46,583 nucleotides of DNA from Treponema sp. UBA3819 (GTDB taxonomy: Bacteria > Spirochaetota > Spirochaetia > Treponematales > Treponemataceae). This document shows, in pieces, positions 9,182-18,587 of the stretch. Within the stretch, counting starts at the first letter, position 1; each line of letters opens with the position of its first letter. Under the pieces are notes generated by a model, which was not told the origin of the DNA, searched no databases, and saw nothing but the letters and a program-made list of their open reading frames with translations. Where the stretch lies: contig DFDV01000173.1 of NCBI GenBank assembly GCA_002369025.1, positions 1 to 46,583 on the forward strand, written 5' to 3'. A program made the translations under genes and the position numbers.

Positions 9182-10678
9182 TTAGGTTTTTCGGAGCCAT
9201 TTTCCGCTGTTTGAGATTGCATGCTGGGGGCAGACAAGGACGCAGAGCTGACAGCCCACGCATTTTTTTCCGTTCAGAAGAGGCTTTCGATTTTCGTTTA
9301 AGGTCAGCGCCTGATGTCCGCCGTCAGCACAGGAAATGACACATCTGCCGCAGCCGATGCATTTTTCATGGTGCAATTTTGGAAAGGCTATTGTGTCGCG
9401 TTCAAGCACATCTGTTGTTTCGCTGACAAAGGCTACTGCCCTCCCCCGGGCTTCCTCTATGCTTGTAAAGCCTTTTTCGGCAAGATAGAAATTCAGTCCT
9501 GATTTTAAATCTTCGACAATGCGGTACCCGTACTGCATGACGGCTGTCGTCACCTGAAGGCTTCCTGCTCCCAGCAAGATAAATTCCAGTGCGTCCTGCC
9601 AGCTTTCAATGCCGCCCATGCCGCTGATGTGCTTATCTGCAAGCACAGGATTTTTTGAAAGTTCAGCGATGAAGCGAAGTGCGATGGGCTTTACCGCGTT
9701 TCCACTATAGCCGCCCACCGCCGACATGCCGTGAACTTCTGGCGAGGAAACATACGTGTCGGGGTGTATTCCGATGATGCTTTTTATCGTGTTGATTGCA
9801 GAAATGCCGTCTGCCCCGCCACGAATCGCCGCCTCGGCTGCCGGGCTCATGCGCGCCACATTTGGCGTGAGTTTTGCCAGAATCGGAGCTTTTGTGCCGC
9901 GGCGGGCTGCGGCCGTATATTGCTCCACGAGTTTTGGCTCCTGTCCGATGTCTGAGCCAAGCCCCTCGTCTTCCATGTTGGGGCAGGAAAAATTAAGTTC
10001 TATGGCATCCGCTCCGTTTTCTTCACAGAGACGGGAGAGCGCTTCCCATTCAGCATCATTCCGCCCCATGATGGAGGCAATCAGGCATTTTGAAGGATAG
10101 TTTTGCTTTAGCCTTCTGAGAATCTCCATGTTTTCTTCTAGGCTGTGGTCTGAAAGCTGCTCGATGTTCTTAAAGCCGATTATGCTTCCGTTATCGCCCG
10201 TAATGGCAGAAAAACGCGGGGAGGCTTCGTGTATGTCGAATGAGCAGATTGTCTTGAAGGACACTCCCGCCCAGCCTGCTTCAAAGGCCCGCGCGCACAT
10301 ATCGTATGTGCTTCCCACCACCGATGAAGAAAGCAAAAAGGGATTTTCCAGCGGAATGCCGCAGAGATTTGTCCTGAGGCGCGTATCTTGCGCTGTATAG
10401 GGAAGATGCAGAGTGGGCCTTACTTCTTCATGCAGGCGGGTCATCAGTTTTTGAATTGGAACGCTGCCTGCCCGTACGCAATTTTTTTCACAGGGGGCAC
10501 TGCAGTCCGCACAGGAATTTTTTGCGGGAAGACGGCTTGCCGCTGTTTTTTCGTTTGCAAACCAAATGCTTCGAAGCATGGACTCAGGCTTTATATTCGG
10601 GCAAGCCTTATTGCAGGGTGCATCATGGCACAAGAGACAATGAATCATATCTGAACGATGAAGAATGTTAGTAACCAT
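9182..10678 (-). CDS. preA: dihydropyrimidine dehydrogenase PreA-like subunit with extra N-terminal Fe-S domain
   Basis: NIEQLSD, ELNFSCPN, KLTPNV, AINTIKS, GGYSGNAVKPIAL and two C-terminal CxxCxxCxxxC ferredoxin motifs. N-terminal CLLCHDAPCNKACP. Confidence 0.85.
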   Translation of the reverse strand: MVTNILHRSDMIHCLLCHDAPCNKACPNIKPESMLRSIWFANEKTAASRLPAKNSCADCSAPCEKNCVRAGSVPIQKLMTRLHEEVRPTLHLPYTAQDTRLRTNLCGIPLENPFLLSSSVVGSTYDMCARAFEAGWAGVSFKTICSFDIHEASPRFSAITGDNGSIIGFKNIEQLSDHSLEENMEILRRLKQNYPSKCLIASIMGRNDAEWEALSRLCEENGADAIELNFSCPNMEDEGLGSDIGQEPKLVEQYTAAARRGTKAPILAKLTPNVARMSPAAEAAIRGGADGISAINTIKSIIGIHPDTYVSSPEVHGMSAVGGYSGNAVKPIALRFIAELSKNPVLADKHISGMGGIESWQDALEFILLGAGSLQVTTAVMQYGYRIVEDLKSGLNFYLAEKGFTSIEEARGRAVAFVSETTDVLERDTIAFPKLHHEKCIGCGRCVISCADGGHQALTLNENRKPLLNGKKCVGCQLCVLVCPQHAISNSGKWLRKT

Positions 10679-10707
10679 ATAGCACCTTGCAGAAGGACTC
10701 GAACGAT

Positions 10708-11775
10708 TTAGAAAGTGAAGTCTGTTTTTTTCACCTCATCACCATAAATCGTCTTCCAGTCATCACGCATTGAAATGACGGTATAGCCGGCTGCCTTCCA
10801 CTGCTCTCCCAGACCAAGTGCCTTTTCTCTGTTTGCATGGTCATCGGCATCGTCATCTGCAATGAGCATGAAAGCGGCACTCTTGTATTTTGTGTTGCTC
10901 AAAGCATAGTTGTGCATTGCTGAATCTCCGCCACTGTTTCCAAAGGAAAGAACGGGAACTTTGCCGATTTCCTGGGCAATCTGCTTTACCTTGTTTGTCT
11001 TGAGGTTTTTGATGATAAGCTGGTCGGTACGCAGAATGTCTTCACCTTTTTCCATGGTGTAGTTGACCCCCTCTGCATCCCCCTGCTTGCTTGACTTTAG
11101 GATTACATCCATGCCAATGACGCGGTTAGGTTCAATGCCGATTGCATCCGTCAAGGCGCGGCAGATAAAGCGGTCAGAGCCAGACACAACATAGCAGGTA
11201 AAGCCGTTTGCTTTCAGATAATCAAACACTTCCAGCATAGGCTTGTAGAAACCTTCGCCGTAAGTCATTCCCGTAAATCCATTGGCTGCGTTTCTTCCGT
11301 ATTCTTTTACATAGGCATCGAATTCAGCAAGGGTCATGCCGGCATATGCCTTTGCGGCGGCATAAGCATGCTTCATGTCGAAGTGGTCGGGAAGTTTCGT
11401 TCCATTGCGGACAAAATCGCGGATATTCTGGGCGGTCTCCTTTACATCTGCGGGAGCGATATCCTTGTAAGAAGGATCATCCAAAACGCGGTATTCAAGC
11501 ATGTTGTATTCAAAATAAGAGGGATACAACTCAGCGACAAAGGTTCCGTCCATGTCGAAAGTTGCGATACGGTCCTTTACGGGGATAAAGTCAGGTGATT
11601 TTTCATCCGTTACCGTCTTTACATAGTTCATGAGGGCGGTTTTTGAGGCGGCATCGTCGTTCCACAGGGAAAGCGGATTTTTAAGAGCGGCAGCACTTTT
11701 GCCGCAACAAGAAGCAAGTGCAAGCGCAAGCGCAAGGAAGGCAAGCACTAGCAATGATTTACATGTCTTTTTCAT
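10708..11775 (-). CDS. HAD-superfamily phosphatase, lipoprotein
   Basis: FDMDGT (motif I), VVSGS (motif II), FGNSGGD (motif IV), lipobox LASC, RBS AAGGAG. Confidence 0.88.
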   Translation of the reverse strand: MKKTCKSLLVLAFLALALALASCCGKSAAALKNPLSLWNDDAASKTALMNYVKTVTDEKSPDFIPVKDRIATFDMDGTFVAELYPSYFEYNMLEYRVLDDPSYKDIAPADVKETAQNIRDFVRNGTKLPDHFDMKHAYAAAKAYAGMTLAEFDAYVKEYGRNAANGFTGMTYGEGFYKPMLEVFDYLKANGFTCYVVSGSDRFICRALTDAIGIEPNRVIGMDVILKSSKQGDAEGVNYTMEKGEDILRTDQLIIKNLKTNKVKQIAQEIGKVPVLSFGNSGGDSAMHNYALSNTKYKSAAFMLIADDDADDHANREKALGLGEQWKAAGYTVISMRDDWKTIYGDEVKKTDFTF

Positions 11776-11797
11776 AGATTAGAACTCCTTACAGTCA

Positions 11798-11826
11798 ATT
11801 ATAGTTTAAGCATTTTGCTTTTTCAA
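11798..11826 (-). promoter_or_regulatory. sigma70 promoter for the HAD-preA unit
   Basis: TTGAAA, 17-nt spacer, TATAAT, just upstream of the AAGGAG RBS. Confidence 0.7.
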
Positions 11827-11885
11827 GTATAGAAAGAAGAAATCCTGCTCTGTGGTATAAATGTTGTCGAATAAAATTGGCTTAT

Positions 11886-12980
11886 CTATGCAATGCTCAT
11901 TTCGACGCGATTCATTCCGTCAGAAAATGTATACAAATAGTCACTTGTAATCCTTGCTAAAAGTTTTTGCGAAACTTCATCCACACGCTCAAGAGGATTC
12001 AGCTCTGATCCATCGTAACAGAGACGCAGGGTTACCCTTCCCTGCTCCTCAGAATATTCTGCCGTAAAAGTCAAATTAAAAGAGGCGGCAAAAGAAGGAA
12101 TGAGAACCTGCATGACAAGTTCCTCAAAAGCAAGCTGCATATTGCGGATTGTTTTCTGAGCAATCTGCTGTTTCCTGCCAAAGTCTTCAAGACGGCTGGT
12201 AACAGACACAAAATCAAAATCATGATTCGTGATGTCTTCCTCAAAGACTTTGAGATGATTGATGAACTGGCGGGTCTTTTCTTTTTTGGGATTTTCAAAA
12301 ATCTCGTCTGGTCTTCCCTCCTCGTAAATCACGCCCTCATCCATGTAAAAAATGCGGGTGGAAACGTCCCTGGCAAAGCGCATCTCGTGGGTTACAATCA
12401 GCATGGTTAAGCCCTGCCTTGCGAGATTTCTGATGACGGACAGCACTTCACCCACCATTGTGGGGTCAAGGGCACTGGTCGGCTCGTCAAAGAGGACGAT
12501 TTCGGGATTCATGGCGAGGGTACGGGCAATGGCGACTCGCTGTTTCTGACCGCCGGAAAGTTCATCAGGATAGCTTTCTGCCTTGTCTGCCAGACCTACC
12601 GTGCGCAGGAGCTCCATGCCCCGCTCATAGGCTTTTTCTTTTGGAACATGCAGCAAATCAATGGGAGCCGCCGTGATGTTCTGAATGACCGAAAGATGAT
12701 TGAAGAGATTGAAGGACTGGAAGACCATGCCCATTTTGCGGCGGAGTGCAGGAACGTCTGCCTTTGCTGCTGTGATGGGAAGTCCGTTAATCAGAATTTC
12801 GCCCGCCGTTGGTTTTTCAAGCAGATTGATGCAGCGCAAAAAGGTTGACTTTCCCGTACCGCTGGGACCGATGATAGAAATTACTTCCCCTCTTTTTATC
12901 TCCGTGTTCACATCTTTTAAGGGCGTTACATTGGGATAGACCTTCTGCAAATGCCTGACAGTTATCATTGTCTCACTCAT
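11886..12980 (-). CDS. polar amino-acid ABC transporter ATPase (GlnQ-like) with C-terminal GHKL/RsbW-like extension
   Basis: GPSGTGKS, MVFQSFNLF, LSGGQKQRVAIAR, LFDEPTSALD and VTHEM, plus about 115 extra C-terminal residues. Confidence 0.92.
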   Translation of the reverse strand: MSETMITVRHLQKVYPNVTPLKDVNTEIKRGEVISIIGPSGTGKSTFLRCINLLEKPTAGEILINGLPITAAKADVPALRRKMGMVFQSFNLFNHLSVIQNITAAPIDLLHVPKEKAYERGMELLRTVGLADKAESYPDELSGGQKQRVAIARTLAMNPEIVLFDEPTSALDPTMVGEVLSVIRNLARQGLTMLIVTHEMRFARDVSTRIFYMDEGVIYEEGRPDEIFENPKKEKTRQFINHLKVFEEDITNHDFDFVSVTSRLEDFGRKQQIAQKTIRNMQLAFEELVMQVLIPSFAASFNLTFTAEYSEEQGRVTLRLCYDGSELNPLERVDEVSQKLLARITSDYLYTFSDGMNRVEMSIA

Positions 12981-12991
12981 GGCAGACGCTC

Positions 12992-14758
12992 CTAGGAGGC
13001 ATAGGCCGCAAGATCCAGCTCATTCTCGCTTTTTGCAACGACCACGCTGGTGGCAATATCGCCGTTCACATTGAAAGCAGTCTGCAGGCGGTCAACAATA
13101 TTCCATACGCCCACCACAAAGCCCAGGGCAGCAACAGGTGCTCCCGTTATTGAAAGCAGTGTCGCCACGATGACAAGCCCTGAGTTGGGCACTCCAGGCG
13201 CTCCTACTGCAAGCAGCAGTGTCATTATACCCAGCTTAAGACAGGTGGCCGCATCAAGTTCAATGCCGCACATACGGGCAAGCATGAGAGCCGTAAGCAC
13301 TACGCTCATTGCGATACCGTTCATGTTCACCGTAGCACCCAGTGGAATGGCGACGGAGGTGATTTTGTTCGATACGCCAAGTTTTTTCTTACAGAATTCG
13401 ATGGTAAGGGGAATGCATGCGCTGGAACTGGGAATCATAAAGGGAGTAAGCAGATAAACGAGAACCTTACGCATGTAGGCAAGGGGGGAGACATGCCCCA
13501 TAAGGAGGATTATTGCCATATAAAGCAGGACAAGCACAAGCCCGCCAACAAGTATGGCAAGCAGGTAGATGAGCAGCAGGAAAAGCGTTTTTGACTCACT
13601 TGCGTATACAAGGAGAGCCATAGCGGCAAAAGCCACAAGAGGCATAAAGGCAATAATCATCTCCATCATTTTGAGGAACATGGTGTTTGCTTCGTTAAAG
13701 AAAGCGCGTATGCCTGCGGTCTTGTCTCCGAGAGCAGAAAGGGCAAGACCTGAAAGCACGGCCACAAAGATGATTTGGAGCATGTTGCCTGCGATAATAG
13801 GTGATACTACATTGCGGGGAATTATGCTCAAAATAATTGAACTGATTGAAACACTCGTTGTTTGCTGTATGTCAGCGGGAAGAGCCGCAAGTTTTTCTGG
13901 AAGTGGAGGAAGGTCACCGCTGAAAAAGAGAGCGGCCAGACCAAAGCCAATCAAAATGGACAGTACTGTGGTTACAAGGTAAGAGCCAAGCACTTTTCCG
14001 CCAATGCGTCCGATTTCGTTTCCACCAGAAATGTTGGAAATGCTCGTTGCCACCGAAAAGAAGACCACAGGTGCCAGCATGAGGGAGAGGGCGTTGAGGA
14101 AGATTGTCTGCACCGTGGAAAGTACGCCGTCAGAAATGAAAGCCGCCGCTCCATCAGGAAGCCATTTCATGCAAAAACCTGTGGCAATTCCTAGGAACAT
14201 GGCGGCAAAAGTCACGTACAGGGAACGGTTTTCTCCACCGCGATGTACGCGCACGGAAACTGCATTGTAGCCGTTGCGGCGGCTGTAGCTCAAATCAGTC
14301 ATGTGGGAGCGGAAAATAAGGTCACGCAGATAGTCTTCGCTTTCCGTGTTCCAGTTTTCAAGGGAGGCAAAGGGATTGAAGGCTTCGCCATGGGAGGTAA
14401 TTAAAATGCTCACCTCGCCAAAAAAACGGCGAACCTTTGCAATCACCGTTCCCTGCCCTGCATCATGCAGGCGCACCATGATTTCTTCCAGCAGGAGAAG
14501 CGCATAGGTCTTTTCACGCTGAGTGACCTTCATGCGGTCGAGTATCCTGCGGATTTTTTCGCTCTGCTCTCCCAGCGTTTCCATGGTCACCACAAATTCG
14601 CGTTCATTCTGCATTCCTTTTATATGCCACAGCATAAAACCGAGTGCAACGGAGGCTGCGATAATGCCAATGCCGATAAGCAGAAAAATCAGGTATTGCG
14701 AGCTTGCAGTAAGCGGCTCTACAATAGTTGACTGAAAAAGGTCTTCCAATAATTCCAT
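12992..14758 (-). CDS. dicarboxylate/amino acid:cation symporter (DAACS) with N-terminal TM helix and soluble RsbW-like domain
   Basis: SSSACIP, PLGATVNMNG, GAPGVP and DRLQTAFNVNGD. Start moved to ATG 14758, which follows an AGGAAGG RBS and the upstream stop codon. Confidence 0.88.
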   Translation of the reverse strand: MELLEDLFQSTIVEPLTASSQYLIFLLIGIGIIAASVALGFMLWHIKGMQNEREFVVTMETLGEQSEKIRRILDRMKVTQREKTYALLLLEEIMVRLHDAGQGTVIAKVRRFFGEVSILITSHGEAFNPFASLENWNTESEDYLRDLIFRSHMTDLSYSRRNGYNAVSVRVHRGGENRSLYVTFAAMFLGIATGFCMKWLPDGAAAFISDGVLSTVQTIFLNALSLMLAPVVFFSVATSISNISGGNEIGRIGGKVLGSYLVTTVLSILIGFGLAALFFSGDLPPLPEKLAALPADIQQTTSVSISSIILSIIPRNVVSPIIAGNMLQIIFVAVLSGLALSALGDKTAGIRAFFNEANTMFLKMMEMIIAFMPLVAFAAMALLVYASESKTLFLLLIYLLAILVGGLVLVLLYMAIILLMGHVSPLAYMRKVLVYLLTPFMIPSSSACIPLTIEFCKKKLGVSNKITSVAIPLGATVNMNGIAMSVVLTALMLARMCGIELDAATCLKLGIMTLLLAVGAPGVPNSGLVIVATLLSITGAPVAALGFVVGVWNIVDRLQTAFNVNGDIATSVVVAKSENELDLAAYAS

Positions 14759-14759
14759 G

Positions 14760-17700
14760 TTACATCCTTCCTGACTTTTTTGGCTCAATCCACCGCTGTA
14801 ATGCAGTGAGGATGCGCGTTAAAAGCCATGATATTATAAAATAAATAATTGCCGTGGTGATAAGTGGAAAAAATGCCTCGTAAGTACGGCTTCTGATAAT
14901 GTCGCTTGCCTTAGTCAAATCCTGAATGGCAATGTAGCCTACAACTGACGTCATTTTTACGAGGGAAATGAACTCGCCCTGATAGACAGGCAGAAAATGC
15001 CGGGCAGCCTGGGGAAGAATCATTTTGACAAAGGCCTTTGATTTTGGATAGCCCAAGGCAAGTGCGGCTTCCATCTGACCTTTGTCCACCGCAAGAATTC
15101 CCGTGCGAATCATCTCGCTTACGTATGCGCCAAAGTTCATGCCAAAGCCGATGACTGCCACCCAGATGCCGCTCAATCCGGTTTTTGCAAAGACAATATA
15201 AAAGAGAATCATCAAGAGCACAACCATTGGCAAGCCCTGCATGAGCCGGATGTAGATGAGGGTCAGGGAGTCTGCGATTTTATTATGGGTTAGTCGCAGT
15301 CCGCAGAGGACAAAACCCAAAACCGTACCGAATAGAGCGGACAGTATGGCAAGCAGCACCGTAATGCCGATACCGTTTGCCACGAGTTTCCATCGGGATT
15401 CCCTCACAAAGGTCTTTTCAAAACTGGAAGCAAGAGACGAGAAGAAAACATTTCTTGTGCCATCTTGTGCTGTCTCGTTGGTCTCCGATGCAGTAGCGGC
15501 CGCTTTTACGACAGGGCTTTGTCCATCGGCTTTCTTTACGGCCAGCACCATGCCGCCCTGATAATCCGCATCGGAAAAGAGAAGGCTTTCCTTTCGCTCA
15601 TCGGTTACGCCAATGAGGGCTGCCGCCATGTCATAGGTGCCTGCGACAAGACCGGGAATGATGGAGGCAAATCTGGTGTCGGTGATTTTGAGGGTATAGC
15701 CGTATTCCCTGCAGAATCGGGCGGCAATATCAATCTCATAGCCTGCATATTCTGAATCCTGAATATAGGAAAAAGGCGTAAGGGTTGCGTCAGTCACCAG
15801 ATTGACACTGCCATTTTCACCCGAAAAGGATTTCAAATCTACTTTTTGCTGTGACTTATCCGTACCGAACCAAGTGGCATCAATTTTTTCAAGTGTACCG
15901 TCAGCCTTGATTTTTTTCAGGAATTCATTCATCTGACCGCAGAGCATTTTTCCCCTGTCGCTCTTGGGAAAGCCAAAGGCGTAATCCTGACTGCGGATGC
16001 GTTCTTTGAGGTGGGTTATGCCGGGAGTTGTGCTTTCGATGTAGCGGATAATCGGCTCGTCAGACAGATAGCCGTCAATCTTTCCCTGAACGACACGCAC
16101 CACCATTTCTGGACTGGCATTATAGTGCTCGATTTTTGCAAGGGGAAAGGCTTCCTGCGTAATCCTGTCCATGACAGTGCCGGTTTTTACGCCCAGCGTC
16201 ACGTCAGGACGGTTGTAGTCTGAGGGAGAAGTAAAATCTTCTTTTTGCGGGGCGGCTGCTTCGGCAGTCTTTTGCAGGGATTTTCCATCGTCCATAATCT
16301 CTACTGCCATGACCAGTTCAGAGACATACAGGGCTTCCGACAGGTTCAGACTTTCCCTGTTTGCGGGCGTATCGCTCAGACAGGCCGCGACACAATCGTA
16401 CATGCCGGTTTCCAAGCCCATGATAAGGGAGTCAAAGGGAACGTCCTGCACAGTGAGGGCATAGCCTGCTTCCCGACAGAAACGGGCAATCACATCAATT
16501 TCGTAGCCGACAATCTTTCCGTCCTTGATGTAGTCAAAGGGCGGGCATTGGGCTTCGGTGGCAAAACGGATTGTTCCTTTTTTTCCTTTTGGATTACGAA
16601 GGCTTTCCAAATCAACGACTTTCTTTTTTTCATCATTGCTGAGCCACAAATCATCGGTTTTTTTGAGGGTGCCGTCTTCCTGCCATTTTTTCACATACTG
16701 ATTGAATTCATCCCGCAGGGACGCGCCTTTTTCATTCTTTTGGAAGCAGGCCACAATGTTCATCGTATCAAGACCGCAGTGAATGTAGCCCAGTTTTGGC
16801 ACTTCAAGGGCGGCATAGCGGATAACAGGCTCATCGTTGATAAAGCCGTCCAGTTTTCCGCTGGCAACGAGATATGCCATGTCGGCATTGGTCTTATAGT
16901 ATTCGATTTTTGCCCGGGGAAACAGTTCTCGCGTGAGCCTGTCAACCATGACAAAACCCGTGTGCATGCCCAGAACAAGCTGGTCGCTCTTTTGCAGTTC
17001 TTCCTTGGACGTGTATTTGAGCGTCATGTTTTGGAACTGGGGCGGGATATTGCCATGAGCAGGAGAGAGGCTTTTTTTCTTGACGGTGGACGCTCCCCCA
17101 TCATCATCGTGCACCATAATCGCATTTTTTTCAATGTAGACTGGCGTGGAAAAAGCGATGCTCTCCCTGCGCTCTGGCGTGGCGTTTAGATTTGCCATGA
17201 TGCAGTCAATGTCACCGCTCCGTGCCGCCGTAATAATACTTCCGTAGTTGTAGATTTTGAATTCCAGATCAGCGTTGAGGTAGGCTGCAAAACGGCGGGC
17301 CAACTCTATGTCAAATCCAGTCAGTTCCGTGCCCTTGTAATAGCTGTAGGGGTGCGCGATGCCCGTTGTTCCTACCCGAAGGTGCAGGCGCGGTTCTTTT
17401 GCAACGGGTATGGCAGGCATGGTTTCTTCGCCTTGCAATACCCAGCGCTTGTAGAGGTCATCCAACGTGCCGTCTGCACGGAGTTCGGCAAGAAAGGCGT
17501 TTATCTTGTTTTTCAAATCAGGAATGGATGATACGGGAGAAAGTCCCACGCCGACTTCTGTTTGTTCGCCAAAATCCCCGAGAATTTTTACGCCCGTAAG
17601 GCCGTTTTTCATGGCTAATTCCATCTGTACGCGGTCAAAGGCGAATGCATCTATCTTTCCTCGCCTTATCGCTTCATAGCCCGTAAGGTTTTCGTTGAAT

Positions 17701-17900
17701 GAAAGGAGTTTTGCCTTGGGAAAGACAAGCGGAAGGACTGTTGCCGATGAATGACCTTCATTGTAGCCGATAGTAATGCGGCTGTCGTTTAGTTCCTCAA
17801 TCGTGGTGAATGAACGGGTGGTGTGTCTTGTACAAGAAAGCAGCAGCGTGCATAGGGTGAATAAAATCGTTAAATACTGTAAAGCGGAGCCTTTTCTCAT
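14760..17900 (-). CDS. amino-acid ABC permease fused to three tandem family-3 substrate-binding units, lipoprotein
   Basis: Lipobox LLSC. Three copies each of the G(F/Y)(D/E)I(D/E) and DGTL...W motifs. C-terminal HisM/GlnP-type permease (AYVSEMIRTGILAVDKGQMEAALALG). Confidence 0.92.
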   Translation of the reverse strand: MRKGSALQYLTILFTLCTLLLSCTRHTTRSFTTIEELNDSRITIGYNEGHSSATVLPLVFPKAKLLSFNENLTGYEAIRRGKIDAFAFDRVQMELAMKNGLTGVKILGDFGEQTEVGVGLSPVSSIPDLKNKINAFLAELRADGTLDDLYKRWVLQGEETMPAIPVAKEPRLHLRVGTTGIAHPYSYYKGTELTGFDIELARRFAAYLNADLEFKIYNYGSIITAARSGDIDCIMANLNATPERRESIAFSTPVYIEKNAIMVHDDDGGASTVKKKSLSPAHGNIPPQFQNMTLKYTSKEELQKSDQLVLGMHTGFVMVDRLTRELFPRAKIEYYKTNADMAYLVASGKLDGFINDEPVIRYAALEVPKLGYIHCGLDTMNIVACFQKNEKGASLRDEFNQYVKKWQEDGTLKKTDDLWLSNDEKKKVVDLESLRNPKGKKGTIRFATEAQCPPFDYIKDGKIVGYEIDVIARFCREAGYALTVQDVPFDSLIMGLETGMYDCVAACLSDTPANRESLNLSEALYVSELVMAVEIMDDGKSLQKTAEAAAPQKEDFTSPSDYNRPDVTLGVKTGTVMDRITQEAFPLAKIEHYNASPEMVVRVVQGKIDGYLSDEPIIRYIESTTPGITHLKERIRSQDYAFGFPKSDRGKMLCGQMNEFLKKIKADGTLEKIDATWFGTDKSQQKVDLKSFSGENGSVNLVTDATLTPFSYIQDSEYAGYEIDIAARFCREYGYTLKITDTRFASIIPGLVAGTYDMAAALIGVTDERKESLLFSDADYQGGMVLAVKKADGQSPVVKAAATASETNETAQDGTRNVFFSSLASSFEKTFVRESRWKLVANGIGITVLLAILSALFGTVLGFVLCGLRLTHNKIADSLTLIYIRLMQGLPMVVLLMILFYIVFAKTGLSGIWVAVIGFGMNFGAYVSEMIRTGILAVDKGQMEAALALGYPKSKAFVKMILPQAARHFLPVYQGEFISLVKMTSVVGYIAIQDLTKASDIIRSRTYEAFFPLITTAIIYFIISWLLTRILTALQRWIEPKKSGRM

Positions 17901-17907
17901 ATTTTAC

Positions 17908-17916
17908 AGTATATCA
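17908..17916 (-). promoter_or_regulatory. extended -10 promoter, probably leaderless transcript
   Basis: TGATATACT lies 7 nt before ATG 17900, with no Shine-Dalgarno sequence. Confidence 0.5.
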
Positions 17917-18005
17917 CAAAAAAACGAAAAAAATGCAAAAATAATGAAAATATGGAAAAAATTATTGTACAAATCACAGAAATTTCTTTCTGCGGTTACG
18001 GACAT

Positions 18006-18587
18006 CTAGGCGAATGCAACTTGATTTCGTTTTTTTATGGCTTCAACATAAAACTCAATGACAGGCAGGAAAATCAGGAACAGGTCTTGAATTACATTTA
18101 CAATCATAAAATTCTCAAAGTCATATATCACCCAGAATAGAATATCTATGGCGGTGGCAATTTTCATTTGAGCCGCAGTTTTTGCCTTGAATATACATAT
18201 CGTATAGACAATGAGGCTTATAGCGGGAATGTAATCGGTACATTTTAGCGTAAAAAGTGATGTTGATGAAAAATTTTCGGCAAGGAAATAATTTACGACA
18301 AAAGTCATTACCGTGCCTAAAATGCAAAAGAGAGTGATAACGGCAATTTTTGGCTTTTTTACCCGGTCGTTATACATGTCGCGGAAAATGGTGAATACAT
18401 TTATGATTACCGAACTCCAGCAGAAGCCAAGGGCATAGACAATAAGGTTTAATGTCATGCTCAGCAGACGAATGACAATATAATCATGTTTTTCTGTGAG
18501 AATGGACGAATAAATGACAAGGAGAAAATTTACGGCAGCCACGCAGTTTGTCAGTATAAAAAGAAAACTCGTATTGTTCAAAATCAC
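18006..18587 (-). CDS. YgjV-like inner membrane protein
   Basis: Multiple hydrophobic helices with NVFTIFRD and FWVIYDF patterns. GTGA overlap with the upstream gene. Confidence 0.65.
   Translation of the reverse strand: MILNNTSFLFILTNCVAAVNFLLVIYSSILTEKHDYIVIRLLSMTLNLIVYALGFCWSSVIINVFTIFRDMYNDRVKKPKIAVITLFCILGTVMTFVVNYFLAENFSSTSLFTLKCTDYIPAISLIVYTICIFKAKTAAQMKIATAIDILFWVIYDFENFMIVNVIQDLFLIFLPVIEFYVEAIKKRNQVAFA

Noticed and set aside
16245-17189. 314-aa plus-strand ORF
   Set aside because: Antisense shadow of the SBP-permease gene, with no recognisable motifs.
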